In this document: piece after piece, positions 21,560 to 31,561 of the stretch
Position numbering within the stretch: position 1 is the first letter of the stretch
How the letters are laid out: every line of letters begins with the position of its first letter
The notes under the pieces: generated by a model
The model's input: the letters and a program-made list of their open reading frames with translations, nothing else
The model's database searches: none
Told to the model about the DNA's origin: nothing
NCBI GenBank assembly: GCA_045643205.1
Contig: JAZUKI010000003.1
Location: 160,001-224,000 of the forward strand
Source of the DNA: Clostridia bacterium
GTDB taxonomy: Bacteria; Bacillota; Clostridia; TANB77; CAG-508
DNA: 64,000 bases
Direction of reading: 5' to 3'
Translations under genes and position numbers: made by a program

Positions 21560-21585
21560 TGTAATATGTAATATTACAAATTACA
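21560..21585. promoter_or_regulatory. Near-palindromic operator upstream of the HTH-hsd operon
   Basis: TGTAATA-TGTAATATTACA-AATTACA. Confidence 0.55.
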
Positions 21586-21604
21586 AAAAAGAAAGGGATT
21601 ATGA

Positions 21605-21925
21605 ATGAGTGAATTTAGTAAATTTCTGTCTCAGAAAATAGATGAGCATAATTCAATAAGGAAAAGAAGCATACGAGAATTTTCCAGAGAAATTGGAATA
21701 TCACATGATTATTTGAGAAGAATAATTAGCGGAAAAGTTATAGCACCAGAACAGGAAATTCAAGAGAAAATAGCAAGTAAAATTCTTAAAGAAAATGAAT
21801 ATCAAACATTTTTTGATTTAGCGGCAAAGGATAGAGGAGAAATTCCTGTAGACATACAGAAAGAATTATCAAAAGAAAGCAATAAATGGAATGAAATAAG
21901 AAATATGTTGGAGGTAGAAAAATGA
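21605..21925 (+). CDS. XRE-family HTH regulator
   Basis: SIREFSREIGISHDYLRRIISGK; ATGA overlap with hsdM. Confidence 0.85.
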   Translation: MSEFSKFLSQKIDEHNSIRKRSIREFSREIGISHDYLRRIISGKVIAPEQEIQEKIASKILKENEYQTFFDLAAKDRGEIPVDIQKELSKESNKWNEIRNMLEVEK

Positions 21926-23667
21926 GTACAAATATAAATGCAAAGGCAAATTTAATATGGGAAGTGGCAACAAAATTAGTTGGGGTATATAAACCACATG
22001 AATATGGTAAAGTAATTTTACCTATGACAGTCTTGAAAAGATTTGATGATATATTAAAACCAACTAAACAAGCAGTATTAGATAAATATGAAGAAGTAAA
22101 AAATTTTGAAGTAAAAGAAGCTTTTCTAACTGAAGCTTCAGGTTATAGTTTTTATAATACAAGTAAATACGATTTTGAAAAAATATTATCTGATCCAGAT
22201 AATATTGAAAGTAATTTTAAAAATTATTTAAATGGATTTTCAGATAATGTAATAGATATTTTAAGTAATTTTAAATTCAATAATGAAGTAAAAACAATGG
22301 CTGATAATAGACTTTTATATGTTGTTATAGAAGAATTTAATTCTAAAAAAGCATATATGGGATTAGATGAAATTAAAACAGAAGATATGGGTTACATATT
22401 TGAAGAATTAGTTAGAAAATTTTCAGAAAGTTATGATGAAGAAGCAGGAGCTCACTTTACTGCAAGAGATATTATTTATTTAATGACTGATCTACTAGTT
22501 GCAGAAGAACAAGATATTTTAACTAATGATAATAAGGTAAAAACAATATATGATATGGCAATGGGAACATCTCAAATGCTTGCATGTATGACTGATAGAT
22601 TACATCAATTAAATAAAAATGTTAAGGTAGATTGTTATGGACAAGAATTAAATCCAGAAACATATGCTATAGCAAAAGCAGATATGCTTATAAAAGGTGG
22701 AGATGCAGATAACTTTAAACAAGGCGATACATTAGATGATGATCAATTTAAAGGATATAAATTCGATTATATAATTTCAAATCCTCCTTTTGGTATCGAT
22801 TGGAAAAAACAAAAGAAAGCAGTAGAAGATGAAGTATCAAAAGGAGAACACGGAAGATTTCCAGTAGGAACTCCTAAAATATCAGATGGGCAAATGTTAT
22901 TTACTTTAAATGGAATTGCAAAATTAAAAGATGACGGAAAGATGGCAATAATCCAAAACGGTTCTCCATTATTTTCAGGTAGTGCTGGTTCAGGAGAATC
23001 AGAAATTAGAAGATATATTATAGAAAATGATTGGTTAGAAGCAATAGTTCAATTACCAACGGATCTATTTTACAACACAGGAATTTCAACATATATTTGG
23101 ATAATTAATAAAGGTAAAGAAGGAACGATTAGAGAAGGAAAGGTTCAATTAATAGATGCGTCAAATTGTTACATAAATAGAAGAAAAAATATTGGTAATA
23201 AAAGAAAAGATTTAGATGAAGAATCAAGAAAGCTAATTTTACAAGCATATTCAGAATTTACAAACAAAGAATATAGTGAAAATGATAAAAAAGTAGAAAG
23301 TAAAATTTTTAATAATAACGATTTTGGATTTAATAGAATTACTATTGAATCACCAGAAGTTGATGAAAATCAAGTTGCTATATTAGATAAAAAAGGAAAT
23401 GTAAAAGCTGATTCAAGTAAAAGAGATTATGAAAATGTACCTTTAAAAGAAGATATAGAAGAATATTTCGAAAAAGAAGTATTACCATATAATGAAAAGG
23501 CTTGGATAGATAAAAAGAAAACACAAGTAGGGTATGAAATACCATTTACAAGATATTTTTATAAATATGTGGCTCCAGAAAATTCAGATGATATATTAGC
23601 AAGAATTAGGCAAAATGAATCAGATATTATGGATTCTCTAAAAAAAATATTTGAGGAGGATAAATAA
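21922..23667 (+). CDS. hsdM: Type I R-M methyltransferase
   Basis: YG.VILPMTVL.R, GAHFTAR, YDMAMGT, NPPF m6A motif. Confidence 0.95.
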   Translation: MSTNINAKANLIWEVATKLVGVYKPHEYGKVILPMTVLKRFDDILKPTKQAVLDKYEEVKNFEVKEAFLTEASGYSFYNTSKYDFEKILSDPDNIESNFKNYLNGFSDNVIDILSNFKFNNEVKTMADNRLLYVVIEEFNSKKAYMGLDEIKTEDMGYIFEELVRKFSESYDEEAGAHFTARDIIYLMTDLLVAEEQDILTNDNKVKTIYDMAMGTSQMLACMTDRLHQLNKNVKVDCYGQELNPETYAIAKADMLIKGGDADNFKQGDTLDDDQFKGYKFDYIISNPPFGIDWKKQKKAVEDEVSKGEHGRFPVGTPKISDGQMLFTLNGIAKLKDDGKMAIIQNGSPLFSGSAGSGESEIRRYIIENDWLEAIVQLPTDLFYNTGISTYIWIINKGKEGTIREGKVQLIDASNCYINRRKNIGNKRKDLDEESRKLILQAYSEFTNKEYSENDKKVESKIFNNNDFGFNRITIESPEVDENQVAILDKKGNVKADSSKRDYENVPLKEDIEEYFEKEVLPYNEKAWIDKKKTQVGYEIPFTRYFYKYVAPENSDDILARIRQNESDIMDSLKKIFEEDK

Positions 23668-24973
23668 TATGAGAGAAATGAAAAAAACTAATTCTATGTG
23701 GGTTGGAAATATTCCTAAAGAGTGGAACTTAATAAAGACAAAAAAAATTATAAATTTTATTAATGGTTATGCTTTTGATAGTAATAGTTTTAGTGATAAT
23801 GGAATATATCCAGTAATAAGAATAGGAGATTTAAGTAATGGAAGGATTAATTATGAAAATGCATGTAAAGTAAATGATAATGAAAATTTAAACAATTATA
23901 AAATAATAAAAAATGATTTATTAATTGCAATGAGTGGAGCTACAGTTGGAAAATTAGCTATAGAAAATGAAGCAAATATTGAAGCATATATAAATCAGCG
24001 TGTAGGAATTTTAAGATGTAAATCTAAAATAAATAATAAGTTTCTATATTATTCATTAAATACAGATGAATTTATAAAATATATATTATTTCAGTCAATG
24101 GGTTCGGCTCAACCAAATGTATCTTCAGAAAATATAGGAAATTATTATATTTCTTGCCCGACAATAGAAGAACAAGAAAAAATAGTAAATTTTCTTGATA
24201 ATAAAATAAAAGAAATTGATAATGTAATAGAAAAAACAAAAGAAACAATTGATGATTATAAGAAATACAGACAAACAATTATAACCGAAGCAGTAACTAA
24301 AGGGTTAAATAAAAATGTTAAATTTAAGGAAACTTTTAATAAAGTAATTGGAATGATACCAGAAAGTTGGAATGTTCAAAAATTAAAAACATTTATCAGT
24401 ATGCCTGTAATAGATGGACCGCATGAAAGTCCTATATTATTAGATGATGGAATTCCATATATATCTGCGACAGCTATAGAAAATGGAAAAATTAATTTTG
24501 ATTTAATGAGAGGATATATTTCAGAAGAATACTGTGAACAATGTGAGGTTCGATATAAACCTAAAATTAATGATATTCTTGTAATAAAATTAGGAGCGAC
24601 TACAGGTCAAGTAGCCATAGTTGATACTGATAAAAGATTTAATATTTGGGTTCCATTAGCTGCGATCAGATGTAATGAAATAGTTAATTCTAAATATATT
24701 TATTATAGTTTTCAGTCACAAAGTCTAATTAAGCAGATGGAGTTAATGTGGACTTTTGGAACACAGCAAACGTTAGGAGTGAAAAATATAGAACAATTAT
24801 ATTTTTCTTTACCAGATAAAGAAGAGCAGAATACTATTGTTCAATATTTGGAAAAAAAGTGTTTAGATGTGGACAATTTAATTTCTAACAAAGAAAAAAT
24901 TGTAGAGAAATTGGAACAATACAAAAAATCGCTTATATATGAATATGTAACAGGAAAAAAAGAAGTAATTTAG
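23651..24973 (+). CDS. hsdS: Type I R-M specificity subunit
   Basis: Two TRDs, IP..W repeats, P..EEQ..IV.FL, SLIYEYVTGK; ATG at 23669 is a likely start. Confidence 0.95.
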   Translation: MRRINNMREMKKTNSMWVGNIPKEWNLIKTKKIINFINGYAFDSNSFSDNGIYPVIRIGDLSNGRINYENACKVNDNENLNNYKIIKNDLLIAMSGATVGKLAIENEANIEAYINQRVGILRCKSKINNKFLYYSLNTDEFIKYILFQSMGSAQPNVSSENIGNYYISCPTIEEQEKIVNFLDNKIKEIDNVIEKTKETIDDYKKYRQTIITEAVTKGLNKNVKFKETFNKVIGMIPESWNVQKLKTFISMPVIDGPHESPILLDDGIPYISATAIENGKINFDLMRGYISEEYCEQCEVRYKPKINDILVIKLGATTGQVAIVDTDKRFNIWVPLAAIRCNEIVNSKYIYYSFQSQSLIKQMELMWTFGTQQTLGVKNIEQLYFSLPDKEEQNTIVQYLEKKCLDVDNLISNKEKIVEKLEQYKKSLIYEYVTGKKEVI

Positions 24974-24985
24974 GGGGCAAATTAC

Positions 24986-27900
24986 ATGGAAGAAAACGAA
25001 AAAAGATTTGAACAAGATATAGAAACATATCTTTTATCAGAAGATGGTGGATATACTAAAGGAAAGCCAGAAGATTTTGATAGAGAATCTGCATTAAATA
25101 AAAAAGATTTATTTAAATTTATAGAAGATACACAAAATAAAGAATGGAACAGATATAAAACTGCTTTTCCAGATGATTATGAATTAAGATTTATAAAAAG
25201 ATTTAATGAAGAAGTTGTAACTCGCGGAATAATTGATGTAATAAGAAATGGAATTACAGATAGAGGGTTTAAATTTAAACTTGCATATTTTATGCCAGAA
25301 ACAAATTTAGCGCCTGAAACATGGGATTTATACAATAAGAATATTTTAAATGAAACAAGACAATTAAAATATTCTACACAAAATGAAAACTCTGTGGACA
25401 TAGTTTTACTATTAAATGGAATTCCGGTAGTGGCTCTTGAATTGAAAAATCAAATAACTGGGCAAAATAGTGAAAATGCACAAAAGCAATTTATGTATGA
25501 TAGAGATCCTAGAGAAGCCATTTTTAGATTTAATAGCAGAATAATAGCCTATTTTGCAGTAGATCATTATGATGTTAAATATACTACAAAACTTGCAGGA
25601 AAAGATACATATTACTTACCATTTAATCAAGGTTCAAATGGAGCGGGAAATGTAGGAGGAGCAGGAAATCCGACTAATGAGAATGGATATACAACAGATT
25701 ATTTATGGAAAAATGTTTTAAAGAAAGATTCTTTAATGGAAATATTACATAAATTTGTTCATTTACAAGTTAAAGAAGAAGTTTCACATCGTGGTGAAAA
25801 AGAAATAATAAAGAAAAAAGAAAATATTATATTTCCAAGATTTCACCAATTAGATGTTGTAAGAAAGTTAATATGGAATGTAAGAGATTGTGGAGTTGGA
25901 CAAAAATATTTAATACAACATAGTGCGGGATCAGGAAAATCGAATAGTATAGCTTGGCTTGCACATAGACTATCAGGATTACACGATAAAGATAATAACG
26001 CGGTATTTAATTCAATTATAGTTGTTACAGATAGAAAAGTATTAGATAAACAATTACAAGAAACAATCTATCAATTTGAACATCAAAAAGGTGTAGTTGT
26101 AAAAATTGATGATGAAAAAACATCAAAAGATTTAAAAGATGCTATTAACGATGGAAAAAGAATTATTATAACAACATTGCAAAAGTTCCCTGTAATATAT
26201 AAAGATGTAGATGATATGGGACATAAAAGATTTGCTGTAATAGTTGATGAAGCTCATTCAAGTCAAACAGGAAATTCTGCAAAAAAATTAAAAATTGCAT
26301 TAGCAGATAAAGAAGAAGCATTAAAGAAATATGCGGAAATGGAAGCTCTTGCAGAAGAAAATGAAAAAGATTATGAGGATAAAATAGTAGAAGAATTAGC
26401 AACACATGGACCACAAAATAATATTTCATTCTTTGCTTTTACTGCAACACCTAAATCTAAAACCTTAGAATTATTTGGTACAAAACAATATGATGGAACA
26501 TTTAGACCATATCATGTTTATAGTATGAGACAAGCTATAGAAGAAGGATTTATCTTAGATGTATTAGCAAATTATATGACATATAAATCAATTTACCAAA
26601 TAGCTAAAAATACACCAGATAATCCAGAAGTACCAGAAAATTATGCTACAAAAGCAATAAAGAAATTTGAAAGTTTACATGAGATAAATATAACTCAAAA
26701 AACACAAATAATAGTGGAACAATTTAGAAATGTTACTAAAAATAAAATTGGTGGAAGAGGAAAAGCAATGTTAGTAACAGCATCTAGATTACATGCTGTT
26801 AGATATTTCTTTGAAATTAAAAGATATATAGAAGAAAAAGGATATGATGATTTAGATGTTTTAGTAGCGTTTTCAGGAGAAGTTCATGATGGTGGACAAT
26901 CTTTTACAGAAAGTGGAATGAATAAAACAAAAGATGGAAAGAAAATATCTGAATCACAAACAAAAGAATATTTTAATTCGGATGAATTTAGTATTTTAGT
27001 AGTTGCAGAAAAATATCAAACAGGATTTGATGAACCACTATTACATACAATGTTTGTAGATAAAAAATTAAAAGGAATAAAAGCAGTACAAACATTATCA
27101 AGATTAAATAGAACATGTAATGGAAAAGATGATACTTTAGTAATAGATTTTGTTAATGAAGCTCAAGATATACAAGAAGCATTTAAACCATTTTATGATG
27201 TTACAGTATTAGAAGAAGAAACTAATCCAAATGCAATATATGATAAACTAAATATGATAAAAAGTTTTGGATTAATTTATGATGAAAATATAGAAAAATT
27301 CTGTAAGATTTATTTAAAGAATGGAAAACAAAATGAAAATGACTTTGGAAGACTAACAAGTTGCGTTAAAGAAACAGTTGATTTGTATAATAAGCTTGAA
27401 ATAGAAGATAGAGAAAGTTTTAGAAAACAAGTAATTAGTTTTAATAAATTCTATTCATATATAACACAAATTACATTTATGGGAGATGAAGAACTTCATA
27501 AAACTTATATGTATTTAAGATATGTTGAAAAATTGTTACCTAAAAATAAAGTAGATACAATAGATTTGGAAGGATCATTAAAATTAACATTTTATAATTT
27601 AAAACAAACATTCCAAGGTAGTGTTTCATTAAGAAAAACGGATGAAGGTGAAGGATTAGTAAAACCTCAAGGATCAGCAATACCAATAGCAGTATTACCA
27701 GAGCAAAGATATTTAGAAGAAGTAATAAGAAAGGTAAATGATTTATATGCTGGACAATTTACAGAATCAGATAATATGCTAGTTAAAAATATTATGGATA
27801 TAATAATGAAAGATGATGATGTAAGACAGAAGGCAAAAGCTAATAGTGAGGATATGTTTGTTCAGTCAGTATTTCCTAAAGTGTTTAGTGAAAAAACAAG

Positions 27901-28120
27901 TAAAGCATATAAAGAAAGTGCAACATCTTATAAAAAATTATTTGAGAGCAAAGAGTTTTATAATGCTATAATGAAGTCATTGGGAAATGTTGTTTATAGA
28001 TTAATGAAAAGTGATGAGACAATTAAGTATAATATTTCAAATGAAGAAGAGGAAAAACTAAAGGTAGCAGAAGATAGTGAAAAATATAATATAAATAACA
28101 AGGAGGAGAAAAAAGGCTAA
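24986..28120 (+). CDS. hsdR: Type I R-M restriction subunit
   Basis: D.V..LNG.P....ELK nuclease motif, HSAGSGKS, DEAHSS, FTATPK, QTGFD.P. Confidence 0.95.
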   Translation: MEENEKRFEQDIETYLLSEDGGYTKGKPEDFDRESALNKKDLFKFIEDTQNKEWNRYKTAFPDDYELRFIKRFNEEVVTRGIIDVIRNGITDRGFKFKLAYFMPETNLAPETWDLYNKNILNETRQLKYSTQNENSVDIVLLLNGIPVVALELKNQITGQNSENAQKQFMYDRDPREAIFRFNSRIIAYFAVDHYDVKYTTKLAGKDTYYLPFNQGSNGAGNVGGAGNPTNENGYTTDYLWKNVLKKDSLMEILHKFVHLQVKEEVSHRGEKEIIKKKENIIFPRFHQLDVVRKLIWNVRDCGVGQKYLIQHSAGSGKSNSIAWLAHRLSGLHDKDNNAVFNSIIVVTDRKVLDKQLQETIYQFEHQKGVVVKIDDEKTSKDLKDAINDGKRIIITTLQKFPVIYKDVDDMGHKRFAVIVDEAHSSQTGNSAKKLKIALADKEEALKKYAEMEALAEENEKDYEDKIVEELATHGPQNNISFFAFTATPKSKTLELFGTKQYDGTFRPYHVYSMRQAIEEGFILDVLANYMTYKSIYQIAKNTPDNPEVPENYATKAIKKFESLHEINITQKTQIIVEQFRNVTKNKIGGRGKAMLVTASRLHAVRYFFEIKRYIEEKGYDDLDVLVAFSGEVHDGGQSFTESGMNKTKDGKKISESQTKEYFNSDEFSILVVAEKYQTGFDEPLLHTMFVDKKLKGIKAVQTLSRLNRTCNGKDDTLVIDFVNEAQDIQEAFKPFYDVTVLEEETNPNAIYDKLNMIKSFGLIYDENIEKFCKIYLKNGKQNENDFGRLTSCVKETVDLYNKLEIEDRESFRKQVISFNKFYSYITQITFMGDEELHKTYMYLRYVEKLLPKNKVDTIDLEGSLKLTFYNLKQTFQGSVSLRKTDEGEGLVKPQGSAIPIAVLPEQRYLEEVIRKVNDLYAGQFTESDNMLVKNIMDIIMKDDDVRQKAKANSEDMFVQSVFPKVFSEKTSKAYKESATSYKKLFESKEFYNAIMKSLGNVVYRLMKSDETIKYNISNEEEEKLKVAEDSEKYNINNKEEKKG

Positions 28121-28780
28121 AGGAATTATTTATTGCATGACAACAATTGTACCAGGTTTAGTGAAGATAGGAAAAACTGGAAGTGATAATTTTGAACAAC
28201 GTATGTACAATTTAGAAAGAAATGGATATGTTAATGTAGTTGGCTTAAAAAGAAGATTTGCAATAGAAGTAGAAGATTATGATGAGAAAGAAGTACTTAT
28301 ACATGAATTATTTTGTAAAAGTAATGTACAAAACACAGAGTTGTTTGCTATAGATGTCAAACTTGTAGTACAATTATTATCTTCATTAGAAGGAAAGCAA
28401 ATTTTCCCTAAAACTATAACTAAAGAAGAAGTATTTGATATTGCTATAGATGAAAGACAAAAAGATTTTAATAAAAACAATAGAATGTTAATACCAGATG
28501 GAAATTATTATATATCTGAAAAAAATATTAAAGCTACTATGAAAGTAGAAAATGGCAAATTTATTGTATTAAAAGGAAGCACTTGCCTAGAATGTAATAA
28601 AGATTGGATTCCAGAAGCAAGAAGAATAGCAAAAATTGAAAATGGAATATTAATAGAGGATATAGAATGTAAATCTCCTAGTACAGCAGGTTGGATAGTT
28701 TTAGAAAATGCTAATAATGATGGTTAACATGGAAAACTAAAGATGGAAAGAGTATAGATATATTTAGAAATAATAAGTAG
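28113..28780 (+). pseudogene. GIY-YIG/T5orf172 plus DUF4357 gene, apparently with lost start codon and a frameshift
   Basis: AGGAGG followed by AAG-AKGIIYCMT...KIGKT; SPSTAG motif then a stop, while WLTWKTKDGKSID continues in another frame. Confidence 0.7.
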
Positions 28781-28800
28781 TTAAAATAAAGAGCATCATT

Positions 28801-29010
28801 ATGGAAAGAATAATATCAAATAAAATTCAATGTAAACATTGTGGTGATATAATTGAATCTAAAAGTATTCATAGTTTTGTAAAATGTAAACGTGGATGTT
28901 GTAGTGTTGATGGAGGACATTATCATTTAAGTCGTTCATATTTTCATAGCCCAGAAGAAGATTTTATAGATTTAAGTGAAGTAGCGGATGATGGTGTAGA
29001 AGAAGTTTAA
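28801..29010 (+). CDS. Small Cys-rich zinc-binding protein
   Basis: N.IQCKHCGDIIES...H.F..C..G...VDGG motif typical of phage/MGE small proteins. Confidence 0.7.
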   Translation: MERIISNKIQCKHCGDIIESKSIHSFVKCKRGCCSVDGGHYHLSRSYFHSPEEDFIDLSEVADDGVEEV

Positions 29011-29155
29011 GTGAATAAATTTAAGGTTAAAGATATATTATAATAATTAAAAAAATGTGAGATTTTAGTTATATAAAATCGTAATTGGTACCAAATGTTG
29101 TAAAAAACAATAAAATAATGTATAATATAATAGGTTTAGTGAAAGTAGGAATAAT

Positions 29156-29776
29156 ATGTTAGCTGAATTGGATATATTATTAGATTCTATAAGGGAACAA
29201 TATAATCAATTATATGCAGAATGGAAAAAAAGTAATTTATATGTTCCATTACACCAAAAAAAGAATCTAGTAAAAGATATAAAAAATAATAATGAAATTC
29301 TAAATGCTATATTAGACTATAGATTGTTTTTGAATGAAAATCACTTAGATTTAAAAATGACATTTGATAGTTTAAATTTAAAGAGTGAAGTAAATAGTAG
29401 AGTAAAAGCACAAAACTCAATTGAATTTAAAATAAACAATTATATGACTGCTAAACATGAATATGGTGAAGTTGCAATAAATAAATGTTTTAATGATTTA
29501 TATGGAATAAGAATAATTTTTGAAGATAATGTTGAATATAATGATATAAAGAATTTCATTGATGTAAAATACAAGGGAAAGCTAAAATGTTATGATGCAT
29601 CTAAAGGAGACTATGTAGCAACTCATATATATTTTAAAAAAGACAATTATAGTTTTCAGTGGGAACTACAAATATGGGATAAATCACATTATAAATCTAA
29701 TATTATTTCACATGAACAGTATAAACAAGGTTATACAAAATGGGAAGAAGAAAATAAAGGAGGTGAATCATTTTGA
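29156..29776 (+). CDS. Small alarmone synthetase, toxSAS-like
   Basis: RVKAQNS...K, NDLYGIRII, YVATHIY, WELQIW, SH..YK synthetase motifs. Confidence 0.85.
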   Translation: MLAELDILLDSIREQYNQLYAEWKKSNLYVPLHQKKNLVKDIKNNNEILNAILDYRLFLNENHLDLKMTFDSLNLKSEVNSRVKAQNSIEFKINNYMTAKHEYGEVAINKCFNDLYGIRIIFEDNVEYNDIKNFIDVKYKGKLKCYDASKGDYVATHIYFKKDNYSFQWELQIWDKSHYKSNIISHEQYKQGYTKWEEENKGGESF

Positions 29777-30525
29777 CAACACATTATATAATTATGAGTA
29801 GTAGTTATTCAAAAGGAAAGAGGATTGCTTTAAGTAATTTAGTAAAAGAAAAAGATTATCTTGAATTAAGAGAAATAGTCCAAGATATTACTAGTAAATG
29901 TGGTAAAGACGTATCATTATCTACGCATTTTGTTCAGACTGATTCAGAATCCTGGGAATCAGTTGTTGAAAAAGATCATTTTTTTAAAGGTGTAGAAGTA
30001 ATAGAAAGTAAAGAAAAATTTATTGAATTAATTCAAAAAGATAGAACTTTAAAAGGATTGGATGTTGCAAGGTATATACTTTCTAAAGTAAAATGTACAC
30101 ATCTAAAATTAGAAAAATTAGTATATTTATGTTTTGCAGATTACTTGTGCAAATATGATAAAGAATTATTCGAAGATGAAATTTATGCATATAAGTATGG
30201 GCCAGTTGTAGATAGTGTATATGAAAAATATAAAGGTTCTGGATATAAAGAAATTGAACAAGAAGAAATAGATATAGATATAGATAGTACAGGTATCATG
30301 GAAATGCCATCAAGAAGTAGAATTCTTTTTGTTGAAGATGGTATTGAAAAAATCAAGAGTATAGATGAAACTTTGGAAAAATATGGTGATTTTTCAGCAG
30401 GTGATCTTGTAGATTTAACACATAAGAAACATACTCCTTGGGATATGACAGGAAGAGGAAAAGAGCAATATGGTATTATTAAAAATGATATAATAAAAAA
30501 ATATCATTCTTATGAATGTATTTAA
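29773..30525 (+). CDS. Panacea (DUF4065) antitoxin with N-terminal extension
   Basis: THLKLEKLVY, AYKYGPVV, L...TH...PW motifs; 4-nt overlap with the SAS gene. Confidence 0.88.
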   Translation: MTTHYIIMSSSYSKGKRIALSNLVKEKDYLELREIVQDITSKCGKDVSLSTHFVQTDSESWESVVEKDHFFKGVEVIESKEKFIELIQKDRTLKGLDVARYILSKVKCTHLKLEKLVYLCFADYLCKYDKELFEDEIYAYKYGPVVDSVYEKYKGSGYKEIEQEEIDIDIDSTGIMEMPSRSRILFVEDGIEKIKSIDETLEKYGDFSAGDLVDLTHKKHTPWDMTGRGKEQYGIIKNDIIKKYHSYECI

Positions 30526-30548
30526 AGCCGAGAATTAACTCGGCTTTT
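30524..30548. terminator. Bidirectional intrinsic terminator
   Basis: aaaGCCGAG-aattaa-CTCGGCtttt. Confidence 0.75.
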
Positions 30549-30553
30549 ACTAT

Positions 30554-30856
30554 TTAATTCAAACTCTCAAAACACCCCATCGCAATTTGGCTTCCATCAA
30601 CAAACCCATTCCTATAATACTTTTCATTCCAATAAGTTATATAATCTAAAAAGTTATCATCAAGTTTATTAAGTTGCTTTTGAACATATTTTTTATTTTC
30701 ATTAGGTACATTTCTTAAAATATTTTTAGCTATTTCCTCAAAATAAATCCAATGTTTTTTATCTTCTTCACATGTAAGTGCAGATAAATCTTCCTCTCTA
30801 TAAGCTATCAATTGGGCTAATATATCGTTATCATTTACTTCTCTAAAATTACTCAT
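30554..30856 (-). CDS. Hypothetical transposon-associated protein
   Basis: GGAGG RBS before ATG at 30856; C-terminal YY..GF.DG motif; lies downstream of tnpV. Confidence 0.6.
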   Translation of the reverse strand: MSNFREVNDNDILAQLIAYREEDLSALTCEEDKKHWIYFEEIAKNILRNVPNENKKYVQKQLNKLDDNFLDYITYWNEKYYRNGFVDGSQIAMGCFESLN

Positions 30857-30870
30857 ATCTAAAATACCTC

Positions 30871-31227
30871 CTACCAATAAATTAATTCATTCAAAACAAT
30901 TTCTTCAGCAACATTTTTAAAGTTATTCATTAAGCCAACCCATTTTAATTGATTTTTTGCTTTTAGTTTTTCATCAACGTTATTTTCTTTAGCCATTTCT
31001 CTAATAGTTATTCTTACTATTTTGTTACATCTTTCATCTATACCATTTAAACAACTAATTAGTGAGCCATTCATCATTAATTCGTTATATAAGCCTCTTT
31101 TATTTTCTTTAACATAATTTAACCTAGCTCTACCATATTTGCCTAAAATAACATTCTCGCCATTTTCTATAGCTAAATTAGGAATTAAATAATCTCCTTT
31201 TTTACGATAAGTAATTTTATTATTCAT
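30871..31227 (-). CDS. tnpV: TnpV family protein
   Basis: GDYLIPNL, GKYGR.RL.Y.KE, W.G.MNN....AEEIV..ELIY; GGAGG before ATG at 31227. Confidence 0.88.
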   Translation of the reverse strand: MNNKITYRKKGDYLIPNLAIENGENVILGKYGRARLNYVKENKRGLYNELMMNGSLISCLNGIDERCNKIVRITIREMAKENNVDEKLKAKNQLKWVGLMNNFKNVAEEIVLNELIYW

Positions 31228-31425
31228 TTTTAAAACCTCCAAAATAAAATTTTAGGTTTCCCATTTTATAAAAATTGTTAAAAAATCATCAAAAATAATT
31301 GGGAAAAACTTCTCAAAAAAGTACCAAAAATTACACAAATGTTTGATTTTTTATTTCCAAAATTTTTATTGATAAATCAGCTAAAACCCGCAATTTCACT
31401 AAATTTCAAAAGCCTTTCAACCGGC

Positions 31426-31441
31426 CTCATAACCCGAAGGT
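31426..31441 (+). other. tRNA-Met(CAT) anticodon-arm fragment, possible att scar
   Basis: CTCATAACCCGAAGGT matches the initiator tRNA consensus. Confidence 0.5.
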
Positions 31442-31468
31442 TTAACTTAATCTACTACAAACATAAAC

Positions 31469-31501
31469 AAAAAGAGGATTGATTCATTCAATCCTCTTTT
31501 T
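31469..31501. terminator. Intrinsic terminator
   Basis: aaaaaGAGGATTGA-ttcat-TCAATCCTCttttt. Confidence 0.75.
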
Positions 31502-31561
31502 ACATATGTATTCAACCATAAAATATCCGATATACATATTAAACAGCAATGCTAAATTTTA

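Larger units (their letters stand above)
20660..31441. mobile_element. Integrase-less defence island or transposon remnant; boundaries approximate
   Basis: Clusters R-M, GIY-YIG, TA and tnpV genes; aaaaaacggcg doublet at the left and tRNA-Met fragment at the right. Confidence 0.65.

Noticed and set aside
23651-24973. Phase-variable hsdS shufflon
   Set aside because: Single hsdS, with no silent TRD cassettes, recombinase or evident inverted repeats
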